A model generated the notes under the pieces. That model had not been told where the DNA came from. It saw nothing but the letters and a program-made list of their open reading frames with translations, and searched no databases. Positions 1-10,173 of a stretch of 64,000 nucleotides of DNA are shown one piece after another (within the stretch, counting starts at the first letter, position 1; each line of letters opens with the position of its first letter). The DNA lies in the NCBI GenBank assembly GCA_023663825.1, contig JAMPGQ010000002.1, positions 2,762-66,761 on the forward strand, given 5' to 3'. Made by a program: the position numbers and the translations under genes. Source of the stretch: Anaeroplasma bactoclasticum. Its GTDB lineage: Bacteria > Bacillota_I > Bacilli_A > Acholeplasmatales > Anaeroplasmataceae.

Positions 1-15
1 TTTCATACAAACCTC

Positions 16-1749
16 CTAATTTAGTGCAATTACATAATCGTTTATACTATCTATATCGATTATTGCTTCTGTAGTACCGAAAACACCATATAACTCAGCT
101 TTATCAGTATATATGTAGTTTATTGCGTCCCCATGACCTTCTTGACCTGAAGCAAGATATGTCACCCCTGATTCCATCGCATTCAGTAAGCTAGCATAAT
201 TAGTTACCTTAGCAGAACTAGAACTTATTACCAATGCTGTGATTTCTCCTTGAATACTACCTGAACTAAAATAGATATAATGTGCATACATTTTTTTGAC
301 AGATGGTATAGTTGGTTTGTTTTTCAAAAGATTATAGTCTAATAAATCACTTTTAGAAACTGCACGGAGTTCATAACCATTCCACGCAGCAAGCCAAGTT
401 GTAGAAGACACGCTCATACCATCTTTAGAATAAGCAAACTTTGTATCAGCACCATTATAATAATCTTTTATTACATTTGGTCTTCCATAATCAAAATAGT
501 TTACCTGTTGTTCTGTACCACTAGGAGATTCCTTGTCGTTTCTAGGCGTGAATGAATTAAATTCTCCTTCTATAAAACAAGAACTATTAGAATAATTCCA
601 CGGGAATTTCACATATACCTTGCAAGTGTTATGTGAGGTTGCTATAACAGAAACCTCTACAGTGTTGCATTCCATCCTATATACAGTTACTCCAAAAGCA
701 TTAGTTGTTTCAAGAGGTGCTTGATAACCATCCTTAATCATAATTTGGAACCATTGATTTTGATTTGCACCACCATTATATCCATTTCCTGTTAAAACAG
801 TAATCATAGCGCTTGTGCTATCTCCACTAGATACCAATTCTCCAATACAAACCCACTCTTGTCCAGCGGATATATGAAAAGCCTTGTAATTTAAGTTATC
901 CATCTTACCACTTACAGTTTCTTCTATTTTGCTTTCGAGTAGCTTACCCTTATAATACATATCTCCTGTTTTAGTTATGGCAAATGGAACTATCTCACTA
1001 TCAGAATTTGCTGGTTTATAGCATAGTATTATATCCGCACCTGCGTAATCTCCTTCAGCATTGTAAGTGACATATTCTCTCCCACCAATTTTAATTCTAT
1101 CCTGTGAAGATTCATTAAAGGAAGTTGCATCAGGTATTAAGTTTATTTCTTCACTCGCAAAACCAATTGAGCAACCTCCGAATTTTGCTGTGTACCCGTC
1201 CCCTTGTATTCTTACTTGATTAAGAGCATTGATAATAGTTTCTAGCTCATCTATTTTTATAACCTGAGTTCCAGATTTACTATATACTTTTATATAGCCT
1301 TCATCTATTTGAACTGCCTTATGGTCTGTATAAGTATCACTTGCTGTAGGTGGGTAATATAAGATAACTTTATTCTGGCTATCTACAGCAATAGGGGCAA
1401 AATTAATATTTTCAGTGGTTTTTTTGGGATTTGGAATAGAAGTTTGAAATTTTAAACCGTCATTTTTGGTGTAGACATTTTTCCACGCTTTCGCACTAGA
1501 ACCTAGATTCTGCGTAGCATTGATTTCTGGAGTTAAATTGGACTGCACTTTATTATCTACTTTTAAATTATGGGAAGATAAATTTTTTCCAACAGTTAAG
1601 TTCTTAACCTCTACATCGCTTGTCTCATCTATTGAACTAGGTATTTGACTTTTTATTTTCTCATTAACCAGTTCATCAGTTTCTGATTTTGTATAGTGAT
1701 TTTCTTTAATTTTAAGAACTAAGTTTCTTAAAAATGCAATTAAGTTCAT
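16..1749 (-). CDS. phage tail fibre / receptor-binding protein
   Basis: 577-aa ORF at the distal end of the tail module. Gly/Ser/Thr/Asn-rich beta-type composition typical of fibre proteins. Stop TAG at 16-18. Confidence 0.45.
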   Translation of the reverse strand: MNLIAFLRNLVLKIKENHYTKSETDELVNEKIKSQIPSSIDETSDVEVKNLTVGKNLSSHNLKVDNKVQSNLTPEINATQNLGSSAKAWKNVYTKNDGLKFQTSIPNPKKTTENINFAPIAVDSQNKVILYYPPTASDTYTDHKAVQIDEGYIKVYSKSGTQVIKIDELETIINALNQVRIQGDGYTAKFGGCSIGFASEEINLIPDATSFNESSQDRIKIGGREYVTYNAEGDYAGADIILCYKPANSDSEIVPFAITKTGDMYYKGKLLESKIEETVSGKMDNLNYKAFHISAGQEWVCIGELVSSGDSTSAMITVLTGNGYNGGANQNQWFQIMIKDGYQAPLETTNAFGVTVYRMECNTVEVSVIATSHNTCKVYVKFPWNYSNSSCFIEGEFNSFTPRNDKESPSGTEQQVNYFDYGRPNVIKDYYNGADTKFAYSKDGMSVSSTTWLAAWNGYELRAVSKSDLLDYNLLKNKPTIPSVKKMYAHYIYFSSGSIQGEITALVISSSSAKVTNYASLLNAMESGVTYLASGQEGHGDAINYIYTDKAELYGVFGTTEAIIDIDSINDYVIALN

Positions 1750-3116
1750 TATGCATATACCCCCTTAAATACTTCATCTAAATCAGCCTCATTAAAATCA
1801 AAAAGTATTGAAGATATATCCTCTGTCTTAACATAGTTATCTTCAGTAAACTTTTTACACTCAGCAAATTTTTGATTTATCAGATTTGTTATTGTGGTTG
1901 CAAAATTAGAATCATCTCCTAAGGCTTTTGAAAGTTCAAGAAACGTATCTAGTGCTTGAGGAGCACCATCAATCAGGCTACTCTTCAATGCTTCAATTGC
2001 AGCAGTTCTATCTTTTATTTCTTGTTCTACTTTTCTATAAGTATATGTTTTTGCCTCTTCACAAAGGTTTCTCAAGTCTGCAAGGAGGGAAGCCAAACTA
2101 TCACTACCAATATAAACATCTTGATTAAAAGTAACCACTTTTTTAAATTCTGTTTCATTGTAGAAGCAATTACCGTCATTATCGGATAACCTTAGAAGAA
2201 GATTACCATTATGCTTTATTCCAATAGAATTATCTGAAAGAGTGATTTCTACCTCACCTTCATCTAGGTAATCTTGAATAATGTTTAACAACCTCTTCAA
2301 GTCCATACTTAAATTGTCTAATGTCGATTTAACATCTATATCTCCTAGTTGAATTTCTTTTTCAACATATAAGGTATCATCTATATGGCCATCTACTGAC
2401 CTAATATCATCTACAGTTAGATTTTCACCCATTCCATCCTTGAATTTAATGCCATTTACAACTAGTCCATCTTCGTGGTCAAAGGTTGCAACTACATTTC
2501 CTGCATGAACAATTTTAATATAGTCATCATAGAACTCAATTCTTGTATCTTTACTATCATTAAGATAGTTTTTAATTACAGGAATTAATTTTGAAATTTG
2601 GTTTGACCACACTGCTTCAACAGATGATTGCCTATTGGCTAGATTTGCTATAGTTAGGTTAAGATTATTAAGTATAACTTCTGGATCTTCTCCTACTACA
2701 ATAATGTTGCCCTCACCATATACTGTAGTCTTAACAACCTCATTTACAACCGTTCCCGCTACAGCTTGCTTAATATTGGTTCCACCAGTATTGTAATAAT
2801 CTAATACAACAGAAGCCTCTAATTGTCCTGAATAAGCTAAAAGTCCTGCCTCTGAAGAGATAATGAAATCATAGTAATACCATGTCTTACTTTCTTCACT
2901 TATTAAGCGTGTTAATCCTGCATCAATTCCTATTGGATATAGGGGACCAACTTTTCTTCCTGTAGGAAGCTTAAACATTAATGTGGGACCATAGGCTTCA
3001 GTTGTTTTATCTAAAAGAATTCTAATTCGATCAACGAAATTAGAGCCCTGGTAAAATGGTTTCTCACGTTCAATTTTAATGATAGATAAACTATCGCAAT
3101 TAATATATATCTTCAA
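1749..3116 (-). CDS. phage tail/baseplate-associated protein with coiled-coil segment
   Basis: 455-aa ORF contiguous with the fibre gene. Central predicted coiled coil (KVEQEIKDRTAAIEALKSSL). Confidence 0.4.
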   Translation of the reverse strand: MKIYINCDSLSIIKIEREKPFYQGSNFVDRIRILLDKTTEAYGPTLMFKLPTGRKVGPLYPIGIDAGLTRLISEESKTWYYYDFIISSEAGLLAYSGQLEASVVLDYYNTGGTNIKQAVAGTVVNEVVKTTVYGEGNIIVVGEDPEVILNNLNLTIANLANRQSSVEAVWSNQISKLIPVIKNYLNDSKDTRIEFYDDYIKIVHAGNVVATFDHEDGLVVNGIKFKDGMGENLTVDDIRSVDGHIDDTLYVEKEIQLGDIDVKSTLDNLSMDLKRLLNIIQDYLDEGEVEITLSDNSIGIKHNGNLLLRLSDNDGNCFYNETEFKKVVTFNQDVYIGSDSLASLLADLRNLCEEAKTYTYRKVEQEIKDRTAAIEALKSSLIDGAPQALDTFLELSKALGDDSNFATTITNLINQKFAECKKFTEDNYVKTEDISSILFDFNEADLDEVFKGVYA

Positions 3117-3134
3117 GTTGCCATTCCTCGCTTT

Positions 3135-5951
3135 CTATTGTATTTTTGTGACTGAACTTGTAGCAATCAAATTGCCTGTTACTGCTGGTGAAACAAATTT
3201 AACACGTATTGAAGTAATCAAAGGCGCATCAGAGAATCCACCTATTATCTCTCCATCATCATTAATATTGTGGGAAAAAGTGTAGCCAAGCGTTTCTCCA
3301 ATGAATACCTCTACAATAATTTGTCCACCAATTATATTTGGATTCTTGATTTTATAGCTAAAGTACCATGTTGCAGAATAGCTATCTTGTGTCAGCTTTG
3401 CATATATGATTTCAGGCGGAACACCATCAAACTTCTCTATACTATTGAAAATGATATTAAGTGGCTTATCTTGTTCACTAACTTTTGCTACCTTGAACTT
3501 TACATAATTTCCTTCTGGTAATGCATATCCTACTTTTGCTGAAGCTGAGATCTCTATAACATCACCCTCGTATATGTGTGCTCCTTGCGATAGGTTTCCC
3601 AAGGGCATTCCAACCTCTGAAGACAACCTAGTGGCTGTCCATGATACAACACCACTATCTACAGAAATGGTAAGCACTCGACGCATTGCCGCCTTAGCTA
3701 TTGATTCAAAAGGGATAGTTTTGCAATTTGTCAGTTTAATGGTAAAGATAAGCCTTTCTCGAGAATCTTTCCAAATTGTTTTTTGTGGTAATTCTAAAAA
3801 TTCCACATAGTTATTCCCAAAATAGTTAGGCAATTGTAAGGATTCATTGCGCGTTAAACTCATAATAGTACCTACTGATATTTTAAGTTCTGCTATCTCA
3901 TTGTTACTATCACAATATGAAACATCATTACACTGATAATTATTTGTACCACCAACCTTAAGAGCGCATTTATCAAAACTATACTGATCTAATGCTTCTG
4001 CATAAACATACACTGTGCTTCTTCTGACCATTACTGCAGCGCGTTTATATAATTCTCTGCCACATGCTTCTACTTTAATCCAACAATCTGATGATGGAAT
4101 TCCTGGAATATTTGAGCAATCATACTCCCAATAAATTGGACGATCAATAATATTATTTAATGGATTTTTCGTTTCATTATATTGTGTTTTAATACCTATG
4201 GCATCCGCAACTTTATTATAGTTTGCTACTAGATTAATAACTGCAACCTCTTTTTTTAATGATGAGGTAGTAATAACACTTGAAACAAACCAATCAATAC
4301 CATTTCGCTTAATTCGATTAAAGGCTTGTGGTGGAGCCTCATTTTTTGAAAGTTTGTATTCGATTGTACATTCTGGTAGTCCTGCCATATCATTGGTTAG
4401 TTCAATAGAATCAATCATTCTATCAAAATCAATAAAATTACTATTTTTATCATAGGTTCTAGCTAACCTTTTTATTTTGTTTTCATTAAAAGAACTTTCT
4501 CTTTTTACATCACTTATAAAAGGGTCTACAATAGGAATATATTCTATCCAATATGAATAGTCTAAGCTCTTATGATCATTATCATTTAATGTTCCAAAAT
4601 TTATATAATGCGTAGCTTTCAGGTTTGTCAAATACTCTCCTGGATATTCTTCAGAGATTTCCTCTATACTATTATATTGATTTAAGAATGGCCCTACCGT
4701 ATTTCCTATTAAAGAGTTCCAAAAGTCATTTTTATAATAGTTGTTCATCCCTTCGATTCGATTAGATCCTGACTCATAATAAACATATTTTGGCTTTTCT
4801 CTATCCTCTAATAGCATCCATTTATCTTTGGGTAAAATTCTATTGGACAAATTTAGTCTAGCCATAAATTCTATCTCACCTTTTTTCCCTGATGAATCAA
4901 CAGTATATAGAGCATATGGCATGTTATCATTTAGACGACTAATTCTCCAGAAACTATTTAATATAATCTCGGAGTCTATATTAAACCCATTGACAATAAT
5001 AGGAAGGAAATAGTCAAGAGGAGACTCCCCATTATAGATAATGATTGCTTGCCAATCTCTAAAAGTTTTGACATCACCAATAGAAACAGTAGCATCTATT
5101 ATAGATGAATATTTCTCCCTATCAAAATTAATCATCCCTTCAAAAGTTTGTGGAAGTTCGGTCCAAAAGTCCAACACCTTCTCACATCTAGTAGGTAAAA
5201 ATAAGATACTATTATCTTCAGACATATGAACTTCATCTGCACGTAATGTTAGTGATGATACTACAATGGGATTAGTTCTATCAATTACGTTTGTCATCTC
5301 GGATTCCAAAATGGCACCATAGGTGTCACTATCCTGTGTATAGTATTCATCTAGTATGCCACTATCCTTCAAACTATAAGTTGAATCGTCTAATATAAAG
5401 TTTATAATGAATTCGTTTTTGGAGGGATTATAGTCTACAACTTTTACTTTAACACTATCATATGATTTTACAATTTCTAATAAGGCATCATAGATAGTTG
5501 TTCCAGGTCCGAAAGGAAACTCTTGTTCTTTATCCAAAATCATACAATCTGGAAATACGAAGCTTACCCCATATTTTTCTTTCATCAAATCAACGATTAT
5601 TTCTAGTTTTTCGTAGTCTTTTTTATGACTTCCTGTAGCACTAAAACTTTTACTTCCTAATACATAACATGACAGTATTGAAGTTAATTCTAACAATTCA
5701 ATATTGTGTATATAATAGCCTTCCATAGTTAAATATTTTCTGCATGTTGATTTGGCAAACCACAATTCATTACTATTTATTCTTAGAGGCGTATAGGGAG
5801 GGATGTTTGTGCTCAGGTGGTATCTAAGCTGCAAAGATCCTGTAGCAAAAGCGTCATCACATCGGTTTTGTCTAACGACATCATTCATTTGCAGATAAGG
5901 GGTAGCATCTTGCCAATTATCATTTAAATACAATTCTACTTTGCTAATCAT
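3135..5951 (-). CDS. large phage tail structural protein (938 aa)
   Basis: Longest ORF in the tail module, at the position typical of a tail-associated or baseplate protein. No coiled-coil or TM signature, so not a tape measure. Confidence 0.4.
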   Translation of the reverse strand: MISKVELYLNDNWQDATPYLQMNDVVRQNRCDDAFATGSLQLRYHLSTNIPPYTPLRINSNELWFAKSTCRKYLTMEGYYIHNIELLELTSILSCYVLGSKSFSATGSHKKDYEKLEIIVDLMKEKYGVSFVFPDCMILDKEQEFPFGPGTTIYDALLEIVKSYDSVKVKVVDYNPSKNEFIINFILDDSTYSLKDSGILDEYYTQDSDTYGAILESEMTNVIDRTNPIVVSSLTLRADEVHMSEDNSILFLPTRCEKVLDFWTELPQTFEGMINFDREKYSSIIDATVSIGDVKTFRDWQAIIIYNGESPLDYFLPIIVNGFNIDSEIILNSFWRISRLNDNMPYALYTVDSSGKKGEIEFMARLNLSNRILPKDKWMLLEDREKPKYVYYESGSNRIEGMNNYYKNDFWNSLIGNTVGPFLNQYNSIEEISEEYPGEYLTNLKATHYINFGTLNDNDHKSLDYSYWIEYIPIVDPFISDVKRESSFNENKIKRLARTYDKNSNFIDFDRMIDSIELTNDMAGLPECTIEYKLSKNEAPPQAFNRIKRNGIDWFVSSVITTSSLKKEVAVINLVANYNKVADAIGIKTQYNETKNPLNNIIDRPIYWEYDCSNIPGIPSSDCWIKVEACGRELYKRAAVMVRRSTVYVYAEALDQYSFDKCALKVGGTNNYQCNDVSYCDSNNEIAELKISVGTIMSLTRNESLQLPNYFGNNYVEFLELPQKTIWKDSRERLIFTIKLTNCKTIPFESIAKAAMRRVLTISVDSGVVSWTATRLSSEVGMPLGNLSQGAHIYEGDVIEISASAKVGYALPEGNYVKFKVAKVSEQDKPLNIIFNSIEKFDGVPPEIIYAKLTQDSYSATWYFSYKIKNPNIIGGQIIVEVFIGETLGYTFSHNINDDGEIIGGFSDAPLITSIRVKFVSPAVTGNLIATSSVTKIQ

Positions 5952-5955
5952 ACAT

Positions 5956-6411
5956 TTAATGTCTCCTCCCTACCACTTCATTTGTGGATGAATAACCAGC
6001 CCGTGCTTGAGCATTTGCTGCTGTCTTTTGACTCCATCTACGGTCATAGGCCTCATCTAAACTAGTTGTAGCCATAGATAATGCAATAGATGCTATACCA
6101 ACATACGGATTGATATAAGTCAATATTCCTAAAGATGCCAATTGCCTAACATTGTTTACCTTCTGCTGGTTTTGATTGCTACCTGTCCATTTTCCAACAT
6201 TAGAAGTTACATAGGAAAAAGACCTGTGAGCAATCATAGAAGCAACAGCAATCCCTTTCGCTTTTGCCTTACCTTCTGCCCCTAAAGGAGTAGAAGGCGA
6301 AACTCTTTCCCGCGCTTCTTGAACTGTCAAGCTCTCAGATGTTAGACCGCCTGAGTTTTTGTTTCCTTCTGTCTCATCCAAAACCTTTACAACTATTGTT
6401 TTTCCTGGCAT
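5956..6411 (-). CDS. phage structural protein with hydrophobic segment
   Basis: 151-aa ORF, tightly packed in the tail block. Confidence 0.3.
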   Translation of the reverse strand: MPGKTIVVKVLDETEGNKNSGGLTSESLTVQEARERVSPSTPLGAEGKAKAKGIAVASMIAHRSFSYVTSNVGKWTGSNQNQQKVNNVRQLASLGILTYINPYVGIASIALSMATTSLDEAYDRRWSQKTAANAQARAGYSSTNEVVGRRH

Positions 6412-7262
6412 TATTCATCACCCATGATAAAAATAAATTGAGCCTTGACAGAATCTCCAATTATGCCATTTGAAGTAAACTGCCCCAATTTCATAGTATA
6501 TTCTTTAGGACTATCAGAATAGCCCGTATAAAACTTTACATTGTAGTTAATGTCTTGATCTGCTTCTAAAAATAATTTTTGATGGAGTTTATCATTTCTA
6601 CTTAGTTCTGCATCTACAGTTAACGTAATCTGAATCCCATTTACAGTATTCTTTTGCTTTGGATTTGAAGAAACAACTCCGTCAGTAGTTTTTTGAACTC
6701 CATAAATAATAGATATATTTCCTTCAAACTCAGTATCATCTATTTTAATGCTTTGCTCCGTTGCCATCATCATAGACTCAGAACATCTGACCACAGCCTC
6801 AATGTACACCAATTCATACTCCATGCCGTCTATAGGCTCAGAAAGACGATTACCATCATTGAATTCTACCTTATCAAAAATAAACTCATCTGCATCCTTT
6901 TCAAAGATAGCCCTGTTTAAATTAAGAATTGCCTTATCAATGGCATTCATATAATTTCTATTGTTTTCATTTAGTGGTAGCAATATAGTAAACAATGCAT
7001 CCTTAACTAGAGTCCCCTTTAATGTTTGCCCTAAAGCAATGTTTTTTACTTGCATTACTCCGTTTGCAAAAGTACCTTCAGGCAGAAGATCATCTGTTTT
7101 AATAGACATATCCTTTGTAAGTTCATTGATATGAAAAAGCTCTTTGTCAGCATTTAGATAACTTAGCACAATGTCAAGAATAGTATCATTGACGCCCTCT
7201 GTAGTTGGTTTTAAATTTTCTTTTTCTTCTTTTGTTAAATCATAGGTCATCTTGGTAAACAC
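6411..7262 (-). CDS. phage tail protein (major tail or distal tail candidate)
   Basis: 283-aa ORF immediately after the head-tail joining genes. Confidence 0.35.
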   Translation of the reverse strand: MFTKMTYDLTKEEKENLKPTTEGVNDTILDIVLSYLNADKELFHINELTKDMSIKTDDLLPEGTFANGVMQVKNIALGQTLKGTLVKDALFTILLPLNENNRNYMNAIDKAILNLNRAIFEKDADEFIFDKVEFNDGNRLSEPIDGMEYELVYIEAVVRCSESMMMATEQSIKIDDTEFEGNISIIYGVQKTTDGVVSSNPKQKNTVNGIQITLTVDAELSRNDKLHQKLFLEADQDINYNVKFYTGYSDSPKEYTMKLGQFTSNGIIGDSVKAQFIFIMGDE

Positions 7263-7551
7263 TTCCTTCTTTTCTAATAGTTAATATAGTTTCCATAGTA
7301 TTAGCCCAGTTTTCACAACAATGCTTTACCCAACCTAGGCTACTCTTGTTTTTGATTTCAGTAAATAGTGCATAATCTTCTGTGGCAGGTGCTCCTGTCT
7401 CAGTTGCTTCGGTACCTATCTGAATAACATATCCTCCTGGAATTTTTTGGGCGGATTGGATACCATTGTCTCGAAGATTTCCAGTATCAACAGGGGCACA
7501 CCTTTTTAGAAGATGTTCTAGCATATCTGCATCTGCTCTTTTTAGAATCAC
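7240..7551 (-). CDS. phage head-tail joining protein
   Basis: 103-aa ORF in a run of three small genes between the capsid and tail genes. Confidence 0.3.
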   Translation of the reverse strand: MILKRADADMLEHLLKRCAPVDTGNLRDNGIQSAQKIPGGYVIQIGTEATETGAPATEDYALFTEIKNKSSLGWVKHCCENWANTMETILTIRKEGSVYQDDL

Positions 7552-7871
7552 GATAGAGCCACTTCCGTTTCTGATTTGAAATTACCGTAGTCTTTTCTTT
7601 TTCTAGCCAACTGATCATCAAAAATAGGAAGCACTCCTTTTACGACCAGTACTTTATCATGGAATGGAACCTTTATAAAATTCCCAAGGCTAACTTCGCA
7701 GTAGCCATGTATTATCAATACTATTTTCACTGATTTTAAATCTAGTTGTGATACCACTCTATAGCGTTCAATATTTGTAGTTTTAACTTGACATTTAAAC
7801 TCTGTATTATTACTAGTATTTTTACACCAAACAAAGTCACTAGGTGCGCTATGAATTGAATTTATGCCCAT
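7548..7871 (-). CDS. phage head-tail joining protein
   Basis: 107-aa ORF with 4-nt overlaps to its neighbours. Confidence 0.3.
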   Translation of the reverse strand: MGINSIHSAPSDFVWCKNTSNNTEFKCQVKTTNIERYRVVSQLDLKSVKIVLIIHGYCEVSLGNFIKVPFHDKVLVVKGVLPIFDDQLARKRKDYGNFKSETEVALS

Positions 7872-7882
7872 TTTAAAGCCTC

Positions 7883-8290
7883 CTAAATTCCTGCTATTAA
7901 TATTCCTGCATTATACAGACATACTAAAGCATCGTTACTATATTTTTTCACAGATTCTTTTTCTTCAGATTGAATATCTGCATTACCATTTTCAATAATA
8001 TGAAGCATTTGATACAACTGGGCCCAGGCTAAACTGGTATAAAGTTTTTCATTAATGAGATTGCCCTGTTCATCCTTTTGAAGAACAAAATCATAAATAT
8101 TTGAGGCATAATAGGCCCCTCTATTTTTCAATATTAAACTATGAATTGCAAGTGCAGCTTCATCACACCAAGCCTCGCAGGCGGCCTCCTCACTAGGAAA
8201 ACCGCCTCGATTAGCTATGGCTACCAAATCATATCCGAAGTTATCTTGGACATCTTGCACTGTAAATAGTCTCTTGTACAACTTCTTCAT
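7883..8290 (-). CDS. phage head-tail connector/adaptor protein
   Basis: 135-aa ORF directly downstream of the major capsid gene. Confidence 0.3.
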   Translation of the reverse strand: MKKLYKRLFTVQDVQDNFGYDLVAIANRGGFPSEEAACEAWCDEAALAIHSLILKNRGAYYASNIYDFVLQKDEQGNLINEKLYTSLAWAQLYQMLHIIENGNADIQSEEKESVKKYSNDALVCLYNAGILIAGI

Positions 8291-8303
8291 GATTATTTAC
8301 CTC

Positions 8304-9224
8304 TTATCCCTCTTTTGCTGGATTTTGGCCCTCTGCAGGTGCTTTTTCTGCCTTATCGTTAGCAGGGGTAGACTCTTCTGCAGTTAACGCTACATATACA
8401 CCTTTACCACGATCTTCTTGTACGAAGCAATCATGTACTACACGGTGGTTGATTAAAACACCATCAAAGTTTTCAGGTTCTGCAACTAATCTTGTAACAG
8501 AATGCTTAAAACCGCAAATTACTGCAGCAGGTTGAACTAAGATGAATTCGACATTTTTAGGGAATCTAGCTGCAGGAACTATAACAATCTTAGTTTGTGA
8601 GTCTAAATACTCAAAATTACGATCGATGTTTTTATCTTTCATTTCAATGAAACGCTTTACCTGCTCTGAGTTTTTAGCTGCATTATAAGTACCTGTAGGC
8701 ACATACATGATAGTCCCATTTAAAGGAATCTCATTATCAATGAAGTGACTTACTGCAGCATCATACTTCTCAAAGAAGTTCGTCTTTGTAATTGCTCCCA
8801 CTACAGTCTTTGTTACATGCTCATCTGTTGCTAATACATTTAATCTGTACTTATCAATGCTAGGAATATCCTTTTGGCGTACTTCATTATTAATATAGGC
8901 AACAGCAGTCGTATGAGAATCTTCTAAATCTAAATAGTCGATTCCCATTTGGTATCCCTTATCTTGATTTACAGTTTTCTCTCTACGCACTAACGCAGCG
9001 TTAACTCTAGAGTAACCAGTCTTTGCATTATAGTCCTCCATTTCTGCTGTTTTGAATGGCATAACTGGATAGCTCATAGTACGAGCACCGATAAATTGAA
9101 TGAATGGTGTTTCCATATCTCCAGTTAGTGCTCCTTTTCTCCATACGGCATATAAATTACTTGGATCGTCAACATAGTTTTTTACAAGCGCAATGTTATT
9201 GCTTAATGCTGGTGTTAATGGCAT
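8304..9224 (-). CDS. phage major capsid protein
   Basis: 306-aa ORF after the scaffold gene. Strong RBS, high-expression position, charged Ala/Glu/Lys-rich C-terminal tail. Confidence 0.55.
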   Translation of the reverse strand: MPLTPALSNNIALVKNYVDDPSNLYAVWRKGALTGDMETPFIQFIGARTMSYPVMPFKTAEMEDYNAKTGYSRVNAALVRREKTVNQDKGYQMGIDYLDLEDSHTTAVAYINNEVRQKDIPSIDKYRLNVLATDEHVTKTVVGAITKTNFFEKYDAAVSHFIDNEIPLNGTIMYVPTGTYNAAKNSEQVKRFIEMKDKNIDRNFEYLDSQTKIVIVPAARFPKNVEFILVQPAAVICGFKHSVTRLVAEPENFDGVLINHRVVHDCFVQEDRGKGVYVALTAEESTPANDKAEKAPAEGQNPAKEG

Positions 9225-9255
9225 TTTTCTTTACCTTTCCTTTTCTTTCTATTTT

Positions 9256-9777
9256 TTAAAGATCTGTTAAGTCAGTTACTTGCTTAGCAGATCCATAGTA
9301 CCCTTTTTGAGGAATAGGGTCACCTTCAGATTCGAACAAATCTGGATATTGTTTCTTTAGGGATTCAAATTGTCCTGAAAATTCATCCCCAACATAAGAC
9401 CTCTTGCTTTCATCATAGGAAGCCTTACTCCAATCAATTTTGGAACTCACTAGATCCTCATAACCTTTCTTTACTTTAAGATTTTGAGATAAGTAACTAG
9501 TACGTCTTCCATTTTCCTCTTTGTCCTTAAATCCTTGTAATTCGTCAAGTACTTTCTGATGATCATCTTTGCTTACGTAATCTTTGTACTTTGACTTTTC
9601 TGTTTCCCAAGACCGCTTATCAGCATCGAATTGAGCCTTTAGAACATCAATCTCAGATGTTTTCTTGTCCTGTTGAACTTTGATATCCACTCCATTGAGG
9701 GCTTGGATTTTTGCTATTTTAGCAGCCACATCTAATGTTCCATCTTCTAAAATAGACTTTAATTCTTCGTTTTTCAT
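9256..9777 (-). CDS. phage scaffolding protein
   Basis: 173 aa, highly charged with predicted coiled coil. Sits between the head-morphogenesis and capsid genes. Confidence 0.5.
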   Translation of the reverse strand: MKNEELKSILEDGTLDVAAKIAKIQALNGVDIKVQQDKKTSEIDVLKAQFDADKRSWETEKSKYKDYVSKDDHQKVLDELQGFKDKEENGRRTSYLSQNLKVKKGYEDLVSSKIDWSKASYDESKRSYVGDEFSGQFESLKKQYPDLFESEGDPIPQKGYYGSAKQVTDLTDL

Positions 9778-9920
9778 TTTTCCTCCTTGAGCTGTTTTGA
9801 GTGTGTAGCTTCCACTATAGATTTAAAATGTTGCATTTCTTTTAAGTTGTAATTGCTCTCAACTAGGTTATAAAAAAAGGAGCTATATTTTAAGCACCTT
9901 AATTTATCACTTTTAAATTA

Positions 9921-10010
9921 TTAGTCCATATCATCTCCATAGGCTGCTATTACCACAAAAAGTACAGCAATGACAACAACTACGATTATAGCAATAACAA
10001 TAATCCACAT
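9921..10010 (-). CDS. 29-aa hydrophobic peptide (MWIIVIAIIVVVVIAVLFVVIAAYGDDMD)
   Basis: ATG at 10010 with RBS GGGAGTG about 7 nt upstream. Single TM helix followed by an acidic tail. Below the ORF-track size cutoff. Confidence 0.3.
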   Translation of the reverse strand: MWIIVIAIIVVVVIAVLFVVIAAYGDDMD

Positions 10011-10052
10011 TTTGATCACTCCCTTTTTAAATATCAACTACTTGCATAAAAG

Positions 10053-10080
10053 TTGACAATTTATTTTTTTATGGTAAAAT
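10053..10080 (+). promoter_or_regulatory. sigma-A-type promoter, TTGACA-16nt-TGgTAAAAT (extended -10), plus strand
   Basis: Seen in sequence: TTGACA at 10053-10058 and TG-n-TAAAAT at 10072-10080. It faces into the 3-prime end of the minus-strand gene 10174..11721. Confidence 0.4.
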
Positions 10081-10173
10081 ATAATCAATAAGAAATGAGT
10101 TATGAGGTGGACAAACTATCGGACTTCCACACCTATATTGGAGATGCTTGGGCCCAGTTCGGCAAGCCATAAT

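Noticed and set aside
10092-10169. 25-aa plus-strand ORF (MSYEVDKLSDFHTYIGDAWAQFGKP) downstream of the strong plus promoter
   Set aside because: It is too short and lacks an RBS. The transcript is more plausibly non-coding (see finding).
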